In this document: positions 30,615 to 39,803 of the stretch, piece after piece
How the letters are laid out: every line of letters starts with the position of its first letter
Numbering within the stretch: the first letter of the stretch is position 1
NCBI GenBank assembly: GCA_019058295.1
Contig: JAHPZI010000021.1
Coordinates: forward strand, 225,141 to 289,140
Length of the DNA stretch: 64,000 bases
Reading direction: 5' to 3'
Source of the DNA: Promethearchaeota archaeon
GTDB lineage: Archaea; Asgardarchaeota; Lokiarchaeia; Sigyniarchaeales; SOKP01
Position numbers and translations under genes: made by a program
Notes under the pieces: generated by a model
Seen by the model: the letters and a program-made list of their open reading frames with translations, nothing else
What the model was told of the DNA's origin: nothing
Databases searched by the model: none

Positions 30615-31646
30615 TTACTTATTTATTAAATATAAAGCTTCTGCTAATTCGTTAAATGATTTTATTACATTATCTCCTGTTAAAGCAGAAGTTTCAAAAT
30701 AGACGAGATTAAGTTCTTTTGCAAGTTTAGACGCTTCTTCTTCAGAAACGACTCTTTCATCGCGGAGATCAGATTTATTTCCTAAAATGAATCCGATTGG
30801 CTCTTCTCGAATATTTACATATTTGGCGATGTCATTATACCAGCTTTTAATATTATTAAAAGAATCAGCATTAGTTAAATCAAATATCAATATAACTCCT
30901 CGTGCGCCATCATAAAAAGCATCTCGCATGGCATCAAATTTCTGTTGTCCAGCAATATCCCATAAGACTAATTGAATTAACTTTAAATCTTTTATGCGTA
31001 TGACTTTATTACTTACATGAACTCCCATAGTAGAGATATACGTCCTTTTAAACGCATTTTCAGTAAATCTAAGAATAATTGAGGTCTTTCCTACATGGGG
31101 ATCCCCACAAACAATTATTTTAAATTGGTAATTTATTACCTCCTCTTTACTTATTTTCTTCTCAGGAAACTGCTCAGTTAATTCTTTTGTACGCAAATCT
31201 TCCAAGATATTTAAAATATTTATACGAAGTTGCTCGATTTCTTGATAAATAGATTCTTTATTTGTTTCAAGATCCTTTAATTCAATGATTTTCTGGGCAA
31301 AATGATTAAATGGAGATTCAAAATGTTCCATCCCTTTATAAAAAACAACATCATTGAATTCTTTAAACAATAGGGTAATTATAGTAAATTTTACGCCCCC
31401 CCGTTGAGTTTCATCTTTTATCTGAATATATTTACTAATTGCCTTTAAATTCAAAGATGGAAATGGAAGCACTATTAATGATGTTGGAATATTTCCTTTA
31501 TCGGCTGCCAGAAGGACACTAGTTTTTATACAAACGTTCATTTTAAGATCTTCAGGAATATCGGAAGGAACCCATAAGATAGGAGCTGGCCCCATTTGGT
31601 CATGAATTTCACTAAAAATAATCCCTGTTATTATATCTTGTTCCAT
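30615..31646 (-). CDS. uDENN/longin-like domain fused to a Rab-like small GTPase
   Basis: C-terminal GDPHVGKTS, STMG, WDIAGQ, GNKSD, ETSAL; N-terminal IIFSEIHDQMGP..WVP and IKDETQRGG. Confidence 0.88.
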   Translation of the reverse strand: MEQDIITGIIFSEIHDQMGPAPILWVPSDIPEDLKMNVCIKTSVLLAADKGNIPTSLIVLPFPSLNLKAISKYIQIKDETQRGGVKFTIITLLFKEFNDVVFYKGMEHFESPFNHFAQKIIELKDLETNKESIYQEIEQLRINILNILEDLRTKELTEQFPEKKISKEEVINYQFKIIVCGDPHVGKTSIILRFTENAFKRTYISTMGVHVSNKVIRIKDLKLIQLVLWDIAGQQKFDAMRDAFYDGARGVILIFDLTNADSFNNIKSWYNDIAKYVNIREEPIGFILGNKSDLRDERVVSEEEASKLAKELNLVYFETSALTGDNVIKSFNELAEALYLINK

Positions 31647-31914
31647 GTTAAGTGTGTTTTTTAATTACGATCTATGAAACTTGAGGGTTTCATTTTTAAT
31701 AATAATTTTAACATAAAAAATTATCTGAAACCGAAAAATTTTTATTTTTAAATTTAATTTTTTTAAAAAAAATTTTAATTTTTTTTCATAAAGAATAGTT
31801 TTACCATTTATGTTATTTCGATATTACATTAATTTTTTTTTTCTATATATCTTGATAATATTGATTTAATAGATTCTTAATTTTTTTTAAACAATTTAGG
31901 TTGTTATTTTAAGA

Positions 31915-32682
31915 TTGATAGAAGAAGTTGTCATAATTAAGGACGGTATTCCACTGTTATCTAAGAACTTCTCTAATTCTGAACAGTTATTTTCTAAAAC
32001 TGATGATCTCATTATGATTTCTGGTTTTTTTTCTGCGTTAAATTCATTTTCTGACCAATTTGATAATTTAGGTTCAATATGTGAATTAAGGCTTTCCAAT
32101 AATGAGTCCAAATTATCGTTTTTGAGAGATCAAAGTATTCCTAACTTGGTTTATTTGGCTACATTTGACGAGAAATCGAAAGGTGTAAATGTTCAACGTT
32201 ATTTGAGAAAGATTTCCAATACTTTTTTAAAAAAATATAATATTGATCAAATAACGAAATGGCGTGGTAGAGCTAACACGTTTAAATCTTTTGAGGAGAT
32301 AATTGAACAATTTGTTGATGATGAGAAAAAAGAATCTGAAGTAAAATTTAAAGAAAAAGTAGTTAAGCTTTTTAATAATGTAAAAGAAAAAATTGATGAT
32401 GATAAAGTTATTTCTAAGTCTGAAAATTCACCAGATTTAATAATTGAAGAAGTAAAAGAAGAAAAAGTTCCAGAGTTTTATAATTTTGTTCCCATTTTTA
32501 AAGTTTCGAAAAATATTAATCCTAAATATTATCTAACGGGAAAAATTTCTCAAAAAGTATACAATCATATCGATGGAAAAAAGTCCATTATACAAATTGC
32601 AAAGGAATTAGATGCTAATCCCGAAAATGTGTATAAAATCTGCAAAAACTTAATTAAGCTTGGGTTTATTTGGGAAAAATAA
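31915..32682 (+). CDS. Longin domain plus C-terminal winged-helix protein (NPRL2-like architecture)
   Basis: IIKDGIPLL, MISGFFSALNSFS, LRKISNTFLKKY, TFKSFEEII; C-terminal HIDGKKSIIQIAKEL...KICKNLIKLGFI. Confidence 0.75.
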   Translation: MIEEVVIIKDGIPLLSKNFSNSEQLFSKTDDLIMISGFFSALNSFSDQFDNLGSICELRLSNNESKLSFLRDQSIPNLVYLATFDEKSKGVNVQRYLRKISNTFLKKYNIDQITKWRGRANTFKSFEEIIEQFVDDEKKESEVKFKEKVVKLFNNVKEKIDDDKVISKSENSPDLIIEEVKEEKVPEFYNFVPIFKVSKNINPKYYLTGKISQKVYNHIDGKKSIIQIAKELDANPENVYKICKNLIKLGFIWEK

Positions 32683-32764
32683 TCTATATGAAGAATATTT
32701 ATAAATTCAAATGATTAATAATAACTAACTCATATAGATTGTTGAAAAAAAATGTGATTTTAAA

Positions 32765-33415
32765 TTGTCAAATACTGATGCAAATAAATTTTTAGCTAAA
32801 TTCGGTTTATTATGCCCAATATTAGCGATATTATATTTAGTTTTGGTTATCATCAATATAATTGGATCTCTTTCTCTATATCTTCTTCGATTGGTTTTAA
32901 ATATTAGTTTCGTTTTACAAATTGGAATATTAGCATTGATTATAGTAGGAGCAAGGATAGTCGGTAAAGCTGGAAGCTCTCTAAACAACGTAAATCTACT
33001 TACATTTCGCACTTATATAATTATAGGTTCAGTTTTGATAACTTTTAGCGTACTTTGGCTCAGTATTCTCTATCCCATAGGAATTAATATAATTGTAGAT
33101 AGAGCAACAAGCGGAGGTGCTGGAACGCCTGAAGCAATAGCAGTATATATTACTTGGGGAATTATAATACTTATTGGACTGATAATGTTGATTTTTGGTG
33201 GTGTATTTAATATTATAGCGTGGGGGCGGTTGAAAACTTTTTTCGACGCTAATATGGCAATGTTTTCCGGAGATATTGGAGAGAGTGCAAAAAAAGGAGC
33301 TTTTATATGTCAACTTGGCGCTATATTTTTTCTAACATTTTTTCTTTCGTCTGTTGGAGGTTTATTAAATGTAATAGGTTATTTCATGTTATTAAAATTA
33401 AAGGATGCGGAATAG
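32765..33415 (+). CDS. Multi-pass membrane protein, copy 1 (DUF973/DUF996-like pattern)
   Basis: About 5 TM; IIAWGRLKTFF and CQLGAIF shared with copy 2; TTG start. Confidence 0.75.
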   Translation: MSNTDANKFLAKFGLLCPILAILYLVLVIINIIGSLSLYLLRLVLNISFVLQIGILALIIVGARIVGKAGSSLNNVNLLTFRTYIIIGSVLITFSVLWLSILYPIGINIIVDRATSGGAGTPEAIAVYITWGIIILIGLIMLIFGGVFNIIAWGRLKTFFDANMAMFSGDIGESAKKGAFICQLGAIFFLTFFLSSVGGLLNVIGYFMLLKLKDAE

Positions 33416-33704
33416 TCGATCTGAAATCTCAGGCCGATTTTAATTAAATTAGAAGTTTTTAATTAATTTTTTTTCTTTTTAATTATAAAAAATAGGGAGA
33501 AACAACTCTATAAAATTTATTTATGTTTTCTTCTCTGTTGTTGCTTCTTTCTTCTTTGTTCTGCCTCTTGGACTTCTTCTTCTAATTGCTTTAATTAAGC
33601 TTGGTTTTATTTGGGAATAATAATCTAAATGAAGAATATTTATAAATTCAAATGATTAATAATAACTAACTCATATAATTTTTAAAAAAAAATGTGATGC
33701 TAAA

Positions 33705-34337
33705 TTGTCAAATGAAGCTGCAAATAAAAATTTAGCTACCTTCGGGTTATTAAGCCTAATATTAGCGATATTTTCAATAATTGCGGTTGTTACCGGGATA
33801 CTTACGTGGTTTTTATCATTTTTAACATATATCAATTGGGGAGTACAAGGTACAATAATGGTCCTGATCATAATAGGTGGAGTGTTTGTCGGTAAAGCCG
33901 GAGATAATCTTAATGACGATCTTGCACGTGAATTTCGAACTAAAATAATTATAGCTGTTATTTTAGTTTTTGTTGGGATGATACTCATTGGAGTAGGAAT
34001 TGCAGCTATTATAGTTACAGCAACCGGACAAACGCCGCTTGATCCTGGTTCGCCTGAAGCAATAGGAATATATGTTACTAATGGAATAATGATACTTGCA
34101 GGACTTGTTATGATTATTGTTGGTGCAGTATTTGAAATAATAGCGTGGGGTAAATTAAAAAGATTTTTTGACAGTAAACTGGCAATGTTTCCCGAAGATA
34201 TAGGAAAGAGCGCAAAAACAGGAGCTTTTCTATGTCAACTTGGTGCGATATTCAATATAACCTTTATATTAGCCCCCGTTGGAGCTATATTAAAAGTTGT
34301 CGGTTATTTCATGTTATTCAAATTAAAAAAGCTGTAA
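33705..34337 (+). CDS. Multi-pass membrane protein, copy 2
   Basis: Paralogue of 32765..33415, roughly 50% identical by manual alignment; TTG start. Confidence 0.75.
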   Translation: MSNEAANKNLATFGLLSLILAIFSIIAVVTGILTWFLSFLTYINWGVQGTIMVLIIIGGVFVGKAGDNLNDDLAREFRTKIIIAVILVFVGMILIGVGIAAIIVTATGQTPLDPGSPEAIGIYVTNGIMILAGLVMIIVGAVFEIIAWGKLKRFFDSKLAMFPEDIGKSAKTGAFLCQLGAIFNITFILAPVGAILKVVGYFMLFKLKKL

Positions 34338-34417
34338 TAGCCTAAGTGATTAAATTTATAATTAATTTTTTTTTTCTTTTTACTTTTAAAAAATGGTAAG
34401 AATAAACTCTACAAATT

Positions 34418-34723
34418 TTATTTATGTTTTCTTCTCTGTTGTTGCTTCTTTCTTCTTTGTTCTGCCTCTTGGACTTCTTCTTCTAATTGCATTAATCCTA
34501 CATTATCCTTTCCTGTAAATTTAAATTCTCCGACGATCTTACTTTCTTCTTTTTCACCGGATTTTGAGACTTTTTCAAAAGATAAGATAACTGGTTGATC
34601 TTGATTGAGTGCCAGATTTACAAAATTTATAAAACCCAAATGTTTACTTGGGGCAATATTAAACTTCATACACACTTCTTTATTTTTCTTCGTTCTTGTT
34701 TTTAATACTAACCTCAATTTCAT
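34418..34723 (-). CDS. Hypothetical basic protein
   Basis: 101 aa ORF with basic C-terminal helix; its last 73 bp are duplicated at 33517-33589. Confidence 0.65.
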   Translation of the reverse strand: MKLRLVLKTRTKKNKEVCMKFNIAPSKHLGFINFVNLALNQDQPVILSFEKVSKSGEKEESKIVGEFKFTGKDNVGLMQLEEEVQEAEQRRKKQQQRRKHK

Positions 34724-34823
34724 CGTAAGTATTCTCAGATATTTGTTTTAATTATTTATTTAAAAGAATCATCATAATTAAAATTTAAAGTAAATTATAA
34801 TTTAAATCATAATAGCATCTGAA

Positions 34824-35468
34824 ATGCCTTCGAAATTACGTGTAAGATATATATTTCGACCATTAGTTAATCTAATAGCGAAAGGTTTAAGCAAAATAGG
34901 CGTTACACCTAATATCGCAACTATTTTAATGCTTATTTTTGCTATATTCAGCTTTATTTCACTAGTTTTTTTTTATAATCTTCTCTATTTTGCAATTTTT
35001 ATATTTTGTTCTGGCATTATGGATGGAGTGGATGGAGCCATCGCCAGATTAGCTGATAAATCAACTAAATTTGGTGGATTTTTCGATTCTATTATGGATC
35101 GAATCTCAGAGTTTATTATTTTTCTTGGACTCTTTATTTATTGTTGGGATCAGTTACTTTGGAATCTAATTGACATGAAGCTTATTATTTTTATAAGCTT
35201 TTTAGCTAGTATCATGATAAGTTATACTCGCTCAAGAGCAGAGAATTTTTATAAGGGAGATTTCGATGTTGGACTAATGGCTCGTTCAGAAAGATTATTT
35301 TACTTAATGATAACCTCGTTAATTGCTTTTTTTTACGGATTTTTTAATGAATTTCTATTTATATTTATGTGGCTTGTAATTGGTACAGGAATATTCAGGT
35401 TTCACAAACTTTCTTTTTTAATAAAAGAAAATGAAAGAGATAAACTAAAAAGCATTCAAAAAAGTTAA
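34824..35468 (+). CDS. CDP-alcohol phosphatidyltransferase (archaetidylinositol-phosphate synthase-like)
   Basis: TPNIAT, DGVDGAIAR, GGFFDSIMDRISE, SYTRSRAE, ARSER. Confidence 0.92.
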   Translation: MPSKLRVRYIFRPLVNLIAKGLSKIGVTPNIATILMLIFAIFSFISLVFFYNLLYFAIFIFCSGIMDGVDGAIARLADKSTKFGGFFDSIMDRISEFIIFLGLFIYCWDQLLWNLIDMKLIIFISFLASIMISYTRSRAENFYKGDFDVGLMARSERLFYLMITSLIAFFYGFFNEFLFIFMWLVIGTGIFRFHKLSFLIKENERDKLKSIQKS

Positions 35469-35559
35469 AGGATCATTAATTCTAAGTATATAATTCAAAA
35501 AATTTAGATTATTATAATTCTTATAATTATTAATAAAAAGTCGTAAAAAAGTTAAATAT

Positions 35560-35787
35560 ATGAAAAGAAAAAGTCCAAAATGTTATCTTTGTGACGGTAT
35601 TATTACATACAACGAGATAACGCAAACTTTTATTTGTACCGAATGCAAAGCAACTCATAATTCGGATATGCTTGATGTAGATGTTAAAAATAAAAAGAAT
35701 CGATACCATTTAACAAAAATAAGAATATTAGTCGCAATTCTCGCTGCGTTATATGCTTTATATTTTTTCTTTAGGCGTATTGCTTAA
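35560..35787 (+). CDS. Small zinc-ribbon protein with C-terminal TM
   Basis: CYLC...CTEC plus hydrophobic tail. Confidence 0.65.
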   Translation: MKRKSPKCYLCDGIITYNEITQTFICTECKATHNSDMLDVDVKNKKNRYHLTKIRILVAILAALYALYFFFRRIA

Positions 35788-35794
35788 AGAATAT

Positions 35795-36511
35795 TTAATC
35801 TTTATTTTTAACTAATTCAATTATTACTTTATCCCCGTCTTTTAAACTCAGCTCATCTCGAAGATATGGTTTGGCGAGAATTTCAATAATATTTTTCTTA
35901 TGATGCGTTCTTTCGATGTCTAATATAGCAGCTTTGATTTTATTTTTCCTATCGTCTAATCTTGAAATAAAGCAATTATAACAATACACATTACCATAAG
36001 TTCTTCCTGAATTTTCATCTTTAAATCCATCAATTATAATTGGAACACTATTTTCTAAATTTTCTCTTAAGAGTGAGATATTAAGATCGCTCATTTCTAA
36101 ATTTAAAGTTCCAATAAAAGGTAAGAATTCTAGTTTCTTTTGAAATTGATTGTAATATCCTTTAATTGCAACATAATAACCACCTTCTCCAATTCCTTCT
36201 GTAACTTCGCCCACTATTAAAATGCTCTCGAGAATTTTTTTTAGAGTTTTATAGACTTTCAGCATTATATCAGCGCCTTTTTTTGGAATTCTTATAATTT
36301 GGGTCTTTCCCTCAATTTTTCTTTCAATCCATCCTAATTTTTCTAAATCTTGTATTCGTCTAGATGCGGTTTGTTGACTGATTCCGATAATTTCACCAAG
36401 TTCAACACTACTAATATGGATAGATTTTTGATTTCCTATTTGTTGACAAAGATGATATAGTGTAAACCAATTCGCATAATTATCTGGGATAATATTCCCT
36501 TTTTTTGACAT
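35795..36511 (-). CDS. ribK: CTP-dependent riboflavin kinase with N-terminal HTH
   Basis: SQQTASRRIQDLE HTH; GEVTEGIGEGGYY; PFIGTLN; RTHH; LKDGD. Confidence 0.92.
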   Translation of the reverse strand: MSKKGNIIPDNYANWFTLYHLCQQIGNQKSIHISSVELGEIIGISQQTASRRIQDLEKLGWIERKIEGKTQIIRIPKKGADIMLKVYKTLKKILESILIVGEVTEGIGEGGYYVAIKGYYNQFQKKLEFLPFIGTLNLEMSDLNISLLRENLENSVPIIIDGFKDENSGRTYGNVYCYNCFISRLDDRKNKIKAAILDIERTHHKKNIIEILAKPYLRDELSLKDGDKVIIELVKNKD

Positions 36512-36526
36512 AATATCACCTTATTA

Positions 36527-36970
36527 TCAATGACTTTTTTTTGAATTTTCAATAATTTTCTTTTTTATTAAACTAGAACTATGCAATTTGAACTTATCAT
36601 AAAACTTTTCCAACCTTTTTACTTCAATATGATTTAAGCCTTTCATTTTAAGAGCGGTCTGAAGCTTTTCAACGCTAAATTTTTGGTCTGGACCTAAAAG
36701 AATTATATCAGGGTTTATTTCTGCCACAGTCTTAAGAGTATCGTTATCATGCCTTCCTAATTTTACATCTTTAATATTTTTAAGTGATTTCATTACTTCT
36801 AATCTTTGCTGTTCTGGAACTATTGGAGCTTCTCCTGAATATAATTCTCTATTTTTATCTGTAGCGACAATAACATATACATCTCCTAATTTTGCAGCTT
36901 CATTTATCAAAAAAATGTGACCTGGATGTAAAATGTCAAATGTACCTGCGATTAGAACTTTTTTACCTAT
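36527..36970 (-). CDS. ribL: FAD synthase (archaeal cytidylyltransferase family); probable ATA start
   Basis: Upstream in-frame extension encodes KKVLIAGTFDILHPGH (HxGH); PDIILLGPDQ; SSSLIK; adjacent to ribK. Confidence 0.85.
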   Translation of the reverse strand: MGKKVLIAGTFDILHPGHIFLINEAAKLGDVYVIVATDKNRELYSGEAPIVPEQQRLEVMKSLKNIKDVKLGRHDNDTLKTVAEINPDIILLGPDQKFSVEKLQTALKMKGLNHIEVKRLEKFYDKFKLHSSSLIKKKIIENSKKSH

Positions 36971-37026
36971 TTTAGATCAGCTCATATTTAATTTTTTCAC
37001 TCATTTAATCAAAATTATTACATTTT

Positions 37027-37635
37027 TTATTCCTTTTTCAAATTTTGATTTAGCCTATTAATTTGCATAGATAAAGAAACATCTCCTCTCGTTTTTTCGA
37101 TAATACTTCTTGCTACATCTACTTTATGTCTTAAGTCGTGAATTAATCCCTTAGGATAATCTAAAGAAAATAAATTTGATTGTATTTCAACCATCCGTTC
37201 TAAAATTTTCTCTATATTCTCAACTTCATTCCTTCTAATTTTATCTAAAATATAACGTCGTAGTTCTCCAATTACATCCGCTAATCCTAAAAGATAATGT
37301 ATTTGATTAATACTATAATCGGCTGGATTTGGGAGATCTTGATCATTAATTATTGTAAATAAACAGACTGCTTCCATAAATTCCTGCTCCGGAGTTTTTA
37401 AATATTTATCAAAAAGAGCAGGATCTTCTTTAACTGTATGAAGAAGAGTTTGGTGTTGTTTTTTAATTTCGTTAATTTTTTCTTGATAAACTGTAAATTC
37501 TTTTCTATGAATTGATTTAATAGCTACGCTACAGTTTCTAATCATAGCACGAGATATCTTTAAAATATCTTCTCTTTTTTGATCCAACTCATTCAAATTT
37601 TTTGTAATTTCTGAAAAAATCTTTTTAAGATTCAT
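37027..37635 (-). CDS. Translin/TRAX family protein
   Basis: REDILKISR, QEFMEA, YLLGLADVIGELRR, LRHKVDVAR. Confidence 0.88.
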   Translation of the reverse strand: MNLKKIFSEITKNLNELDQKREDILKISRAMIRNCSVAIKSIHRKEFTVYQEKINEIKKQHQTLLHTVKEDPALFDKYLKTPEQEFMEAVCLFTIINDQDLPNPADYSINQIHYLLGLADVIGELRRYILDKIRRNEVENIEKILERMVEIQSNLFSLDYPKGLIHDLRHKVDVARSIIEKTRGDVSLSMQINRLNQNLKKE

Positions 37636-37726
37636 TCTTTTAGAATAATATATTGAAATGTTTAAATATCTATATTAAGGATTTTATTAGAATTTTATTG
37701 TAGAAGAATCTATAAATGAAAACAAC

Positions 37727-39784
37727 ATGAAAATTTTATTAATTCATACGGAAAACATCGAGGTTACAAAAAACAAAGAGGCGACATCGAATCCTCAAGA
37801 TTTTAAAGAATATATAATTAAAATGGATGGATTAATCTTAGTCGCTTTCGTGTCTGTTGAGGATCAAGACACTTATGATACGGATATTATAGCTCAACAA
37901 GGAGCAAAAGTAATTGAAGAAGCAATTCTATTAATAACTGGCTTTCCCGAAAAAGTAAGGAAAAAAAATGAAGAAATAAGACAATATAATAAAAAAATCG
38001 AATCAGGAAAAGTTAAAGGTAAGCCGAGGAAAAGTATTGAATTAATTAAAAATAGAGAGATGTATCAGGTAGATAAAATTCTAGTTTATCCTTGGGCACA
38101 TTTAAGTAAATTTCTTAGTAATGACGCAAATGCTATGGAAGTCTGTCCTAAGATCGCCCGAATATTGGAAGAAAAGGGTATTGAAGCTAAATATTCTCCT
38201 TTTGGATGGTATAAGTCTTTCAAAATAAATTGTATTGGCCACGAAGTAGCTGAAATGTATAGAGATGTAAAACTTTATATCCAGCCAGAAGAACATATAG
38301 AAACAGCTCAGTTTTTTGTTTTAACTCCTGATGGAAAAGAGATTGAAATTAAAAAAGATAGAGAAAATAACATTCTACCAATAAAGGAAATAAATGAGGA
38401 TTTCTATATCTTTTTAAAGTCAGAATTAGGAACAAGAAGAGCTGATACGGGCATCGAACCTGCTCATATCAAAATAATGAAAGAATTTGAGCTTTTGGAT
38501 TTTGAAAAAAACTCAGATGCTGGAAACTTGCGTTGGTATACAAAAGGCGTAATTTTAAAGAACCTAATAAAAAACTATTTGGATGATAAACTAATCGACT
38601 TTGGAGCAATTTTTGTTGATACACCTGTTATGTATACAGTTAAAAGTAAAAAATTAACTGCTCAGACTGCGAGATTCCCCGCTAGAACTTATTGGGTGGA
38701 ATCAGGAAATAATCGATTTTTACTTAGATTTGCAGGTGATTTTTTGCAGTTTGATATGTTCAGCGGGATGAATTTGAAGCCTTCCTATTTCCCGCTACGC
38801 TTATATGAATGGGAACAATATGATTTTAGAAGAGAACAAGAAGGAGAATTAACTGGTTTAAGGCGATTACGAGGATTTGTAATGCCAGATTTTCATACTC
38901 TTTGCAAGGACTTGGACTCCTCAGTGGAAGAATTCAAGAAACAATATGAGTTAGACCAAAGTGTTGCTGAAGATTTAGGAATTAAGGACCATTTAATTTT
39001 CAGGACGACACATGATTTTTACAAAGACAATAAAAGTTGGATCAAGGAATTAATAAAAAAAGAGAATAAACCTGCCTTGTTGGAACTCTGGGATGATAGA
39101 TATTATTATTTTGTTTTGAAATTTGAAAGAGGAGTCTTATCTGCTCAAAATAAAAGCGGAACATTAGCGACAATTCAAATTGATGTGGAAAGTACCTTAG
39201 AATTTTTAAAAGAAAAAGATGGGAAGAAAAGGGAAAAATACAATATCTCCTTCATTGATAATGATGGGGCTAAAAAGCATCCAATAATTCTCCACAATTC
39301 ACCTTCAGGAGGTTTAGAGAGAGTACTATGGGGGCTACTTGAAACTGCAATTAGAGAAAAAGAAAGAATAGTTCCGGGATTTAAAACATGGTTAGCTCCA
39401 ATTCAAATTAGAGTTTTGACAGTAAGCGATGACCAAAATGAATATGCAGAAAAAATTATGAAATTACTTAATGAACAAGGATATCGAACTGATTTTGATG
39501 ATCGAGAGGAGAAATTAGGTAAAAAGATACGTCAAGCTGAGATTGAATGGATTCCCTATATCATAATCTTAGGAAAAAAGGAACAAGAGAATGAATCGAT
39601 TTCAATTCGAAAGCGTTTAATTGGCAAACCATTTGGACCTAAGAAAAATACTGCTGAGCAAATAAATAATATTAAATTAGAAAATTTGTTAGAAATATTG
39701 GAAGCTGATACAAAGGGATATCCTAAATATAAATTACCAATTCCATTTAGGAAATACTCTTCTAAAATCTTTTTTAGAAAATAA
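37727..39784 (+). CDS. thrS: Threonine--tRNA ligase (archaeal type with N-terminal editing domain)
   Basis: MKILLIH, YPWAHLS, PFGWYKSF, FRREQEGEL, MPDFH, ILHNSPSGGLER, LGKKIRQAE. Confidence 0.96.
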   Translation: MKILLIHTENIEVTKNKEATSNPQDFKEYIIKMDGLILVAFVSVEDQDTYDTDIIAQQGAKVIEEAILLITGFPEKVRKKNEEIRQYNKKIESGKVKGKPRKSIELIKNREMYQVDKILVYPWAHLSKFLSNDANAMEVCPKIARILEEKGIEAKYSPFGWYKSFKINCIGHEVAEMYRDVKLYIQPEEHIETAQFFVLTPDGKEIEIKKDRENNILPIKEINEDFYIFLKSELGTRRADTGIEPAHIKIMKEFELLDFEKNSDAGNLRWYTKGVILKNLIKNYLDDKLIDFGAIFVDTPVMYTVKSKKLTAQTARFPARTYWVESGNNRFLLRFAGDFLQFDMFSGMNLKPSYFPLRLYEWEQYDFRREQEGELTGLRRLRGFVMPDFHTLCKDLDSSVEEFKKQYELDQSVAEDLGIKDHLIFRTTHDFYKDNKSWIKELIKKENKPALLELWDDRYYYFVLKFERGVLSAQNKSGTLATIQIDVESTLEFLKEKDGKKREKYNISFIDNDGAKKHPIILHNSPSGGLERVLWGLLETAIREKERIVPGFKTWLAPIQIRVLTVSDDQNEYAEKIMKLLNEQGYRTDFDDREEKLGKKIRQAEIEWIPYIIILGKKEQENESISIRKRLIGKPFGPKKNTAEQINNIKLENLLEILEADTKGYPKYKLPIPFRKYSSKIFFRK

Positions 39785-39803
39785 TGTTTTTTTTTCAAGA
39801 ATT

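Larger units (their letters stand above)
32650..34490. repeat. Tandem duplication: unit 1 ~32650..33589, unit 2 ~33591..34490
   Basis: 33517-33589 equals 34418-34490 (73/73 identical); 33591-33677 matches 32650-32736 (84/87); TTAAT microhomology at the junction. Confidence 0.92.

Noticed and set aside
32650-34490. Diversity-generating retroelement or transposon as cause of the duplication
   Set aside because: No reverse transcriptase, transposase or terminal inverted repeats; differences include indels and are not adenine-specific
36968-36985. Selenocysteine or readthrough at ATG-AGC-TGA upstream of ribL
   Set aside because: The position is outside the catalytic domain, no SECIS-like element was seen, and the TGA is part of an SD-like motif; an ATA start is simpler
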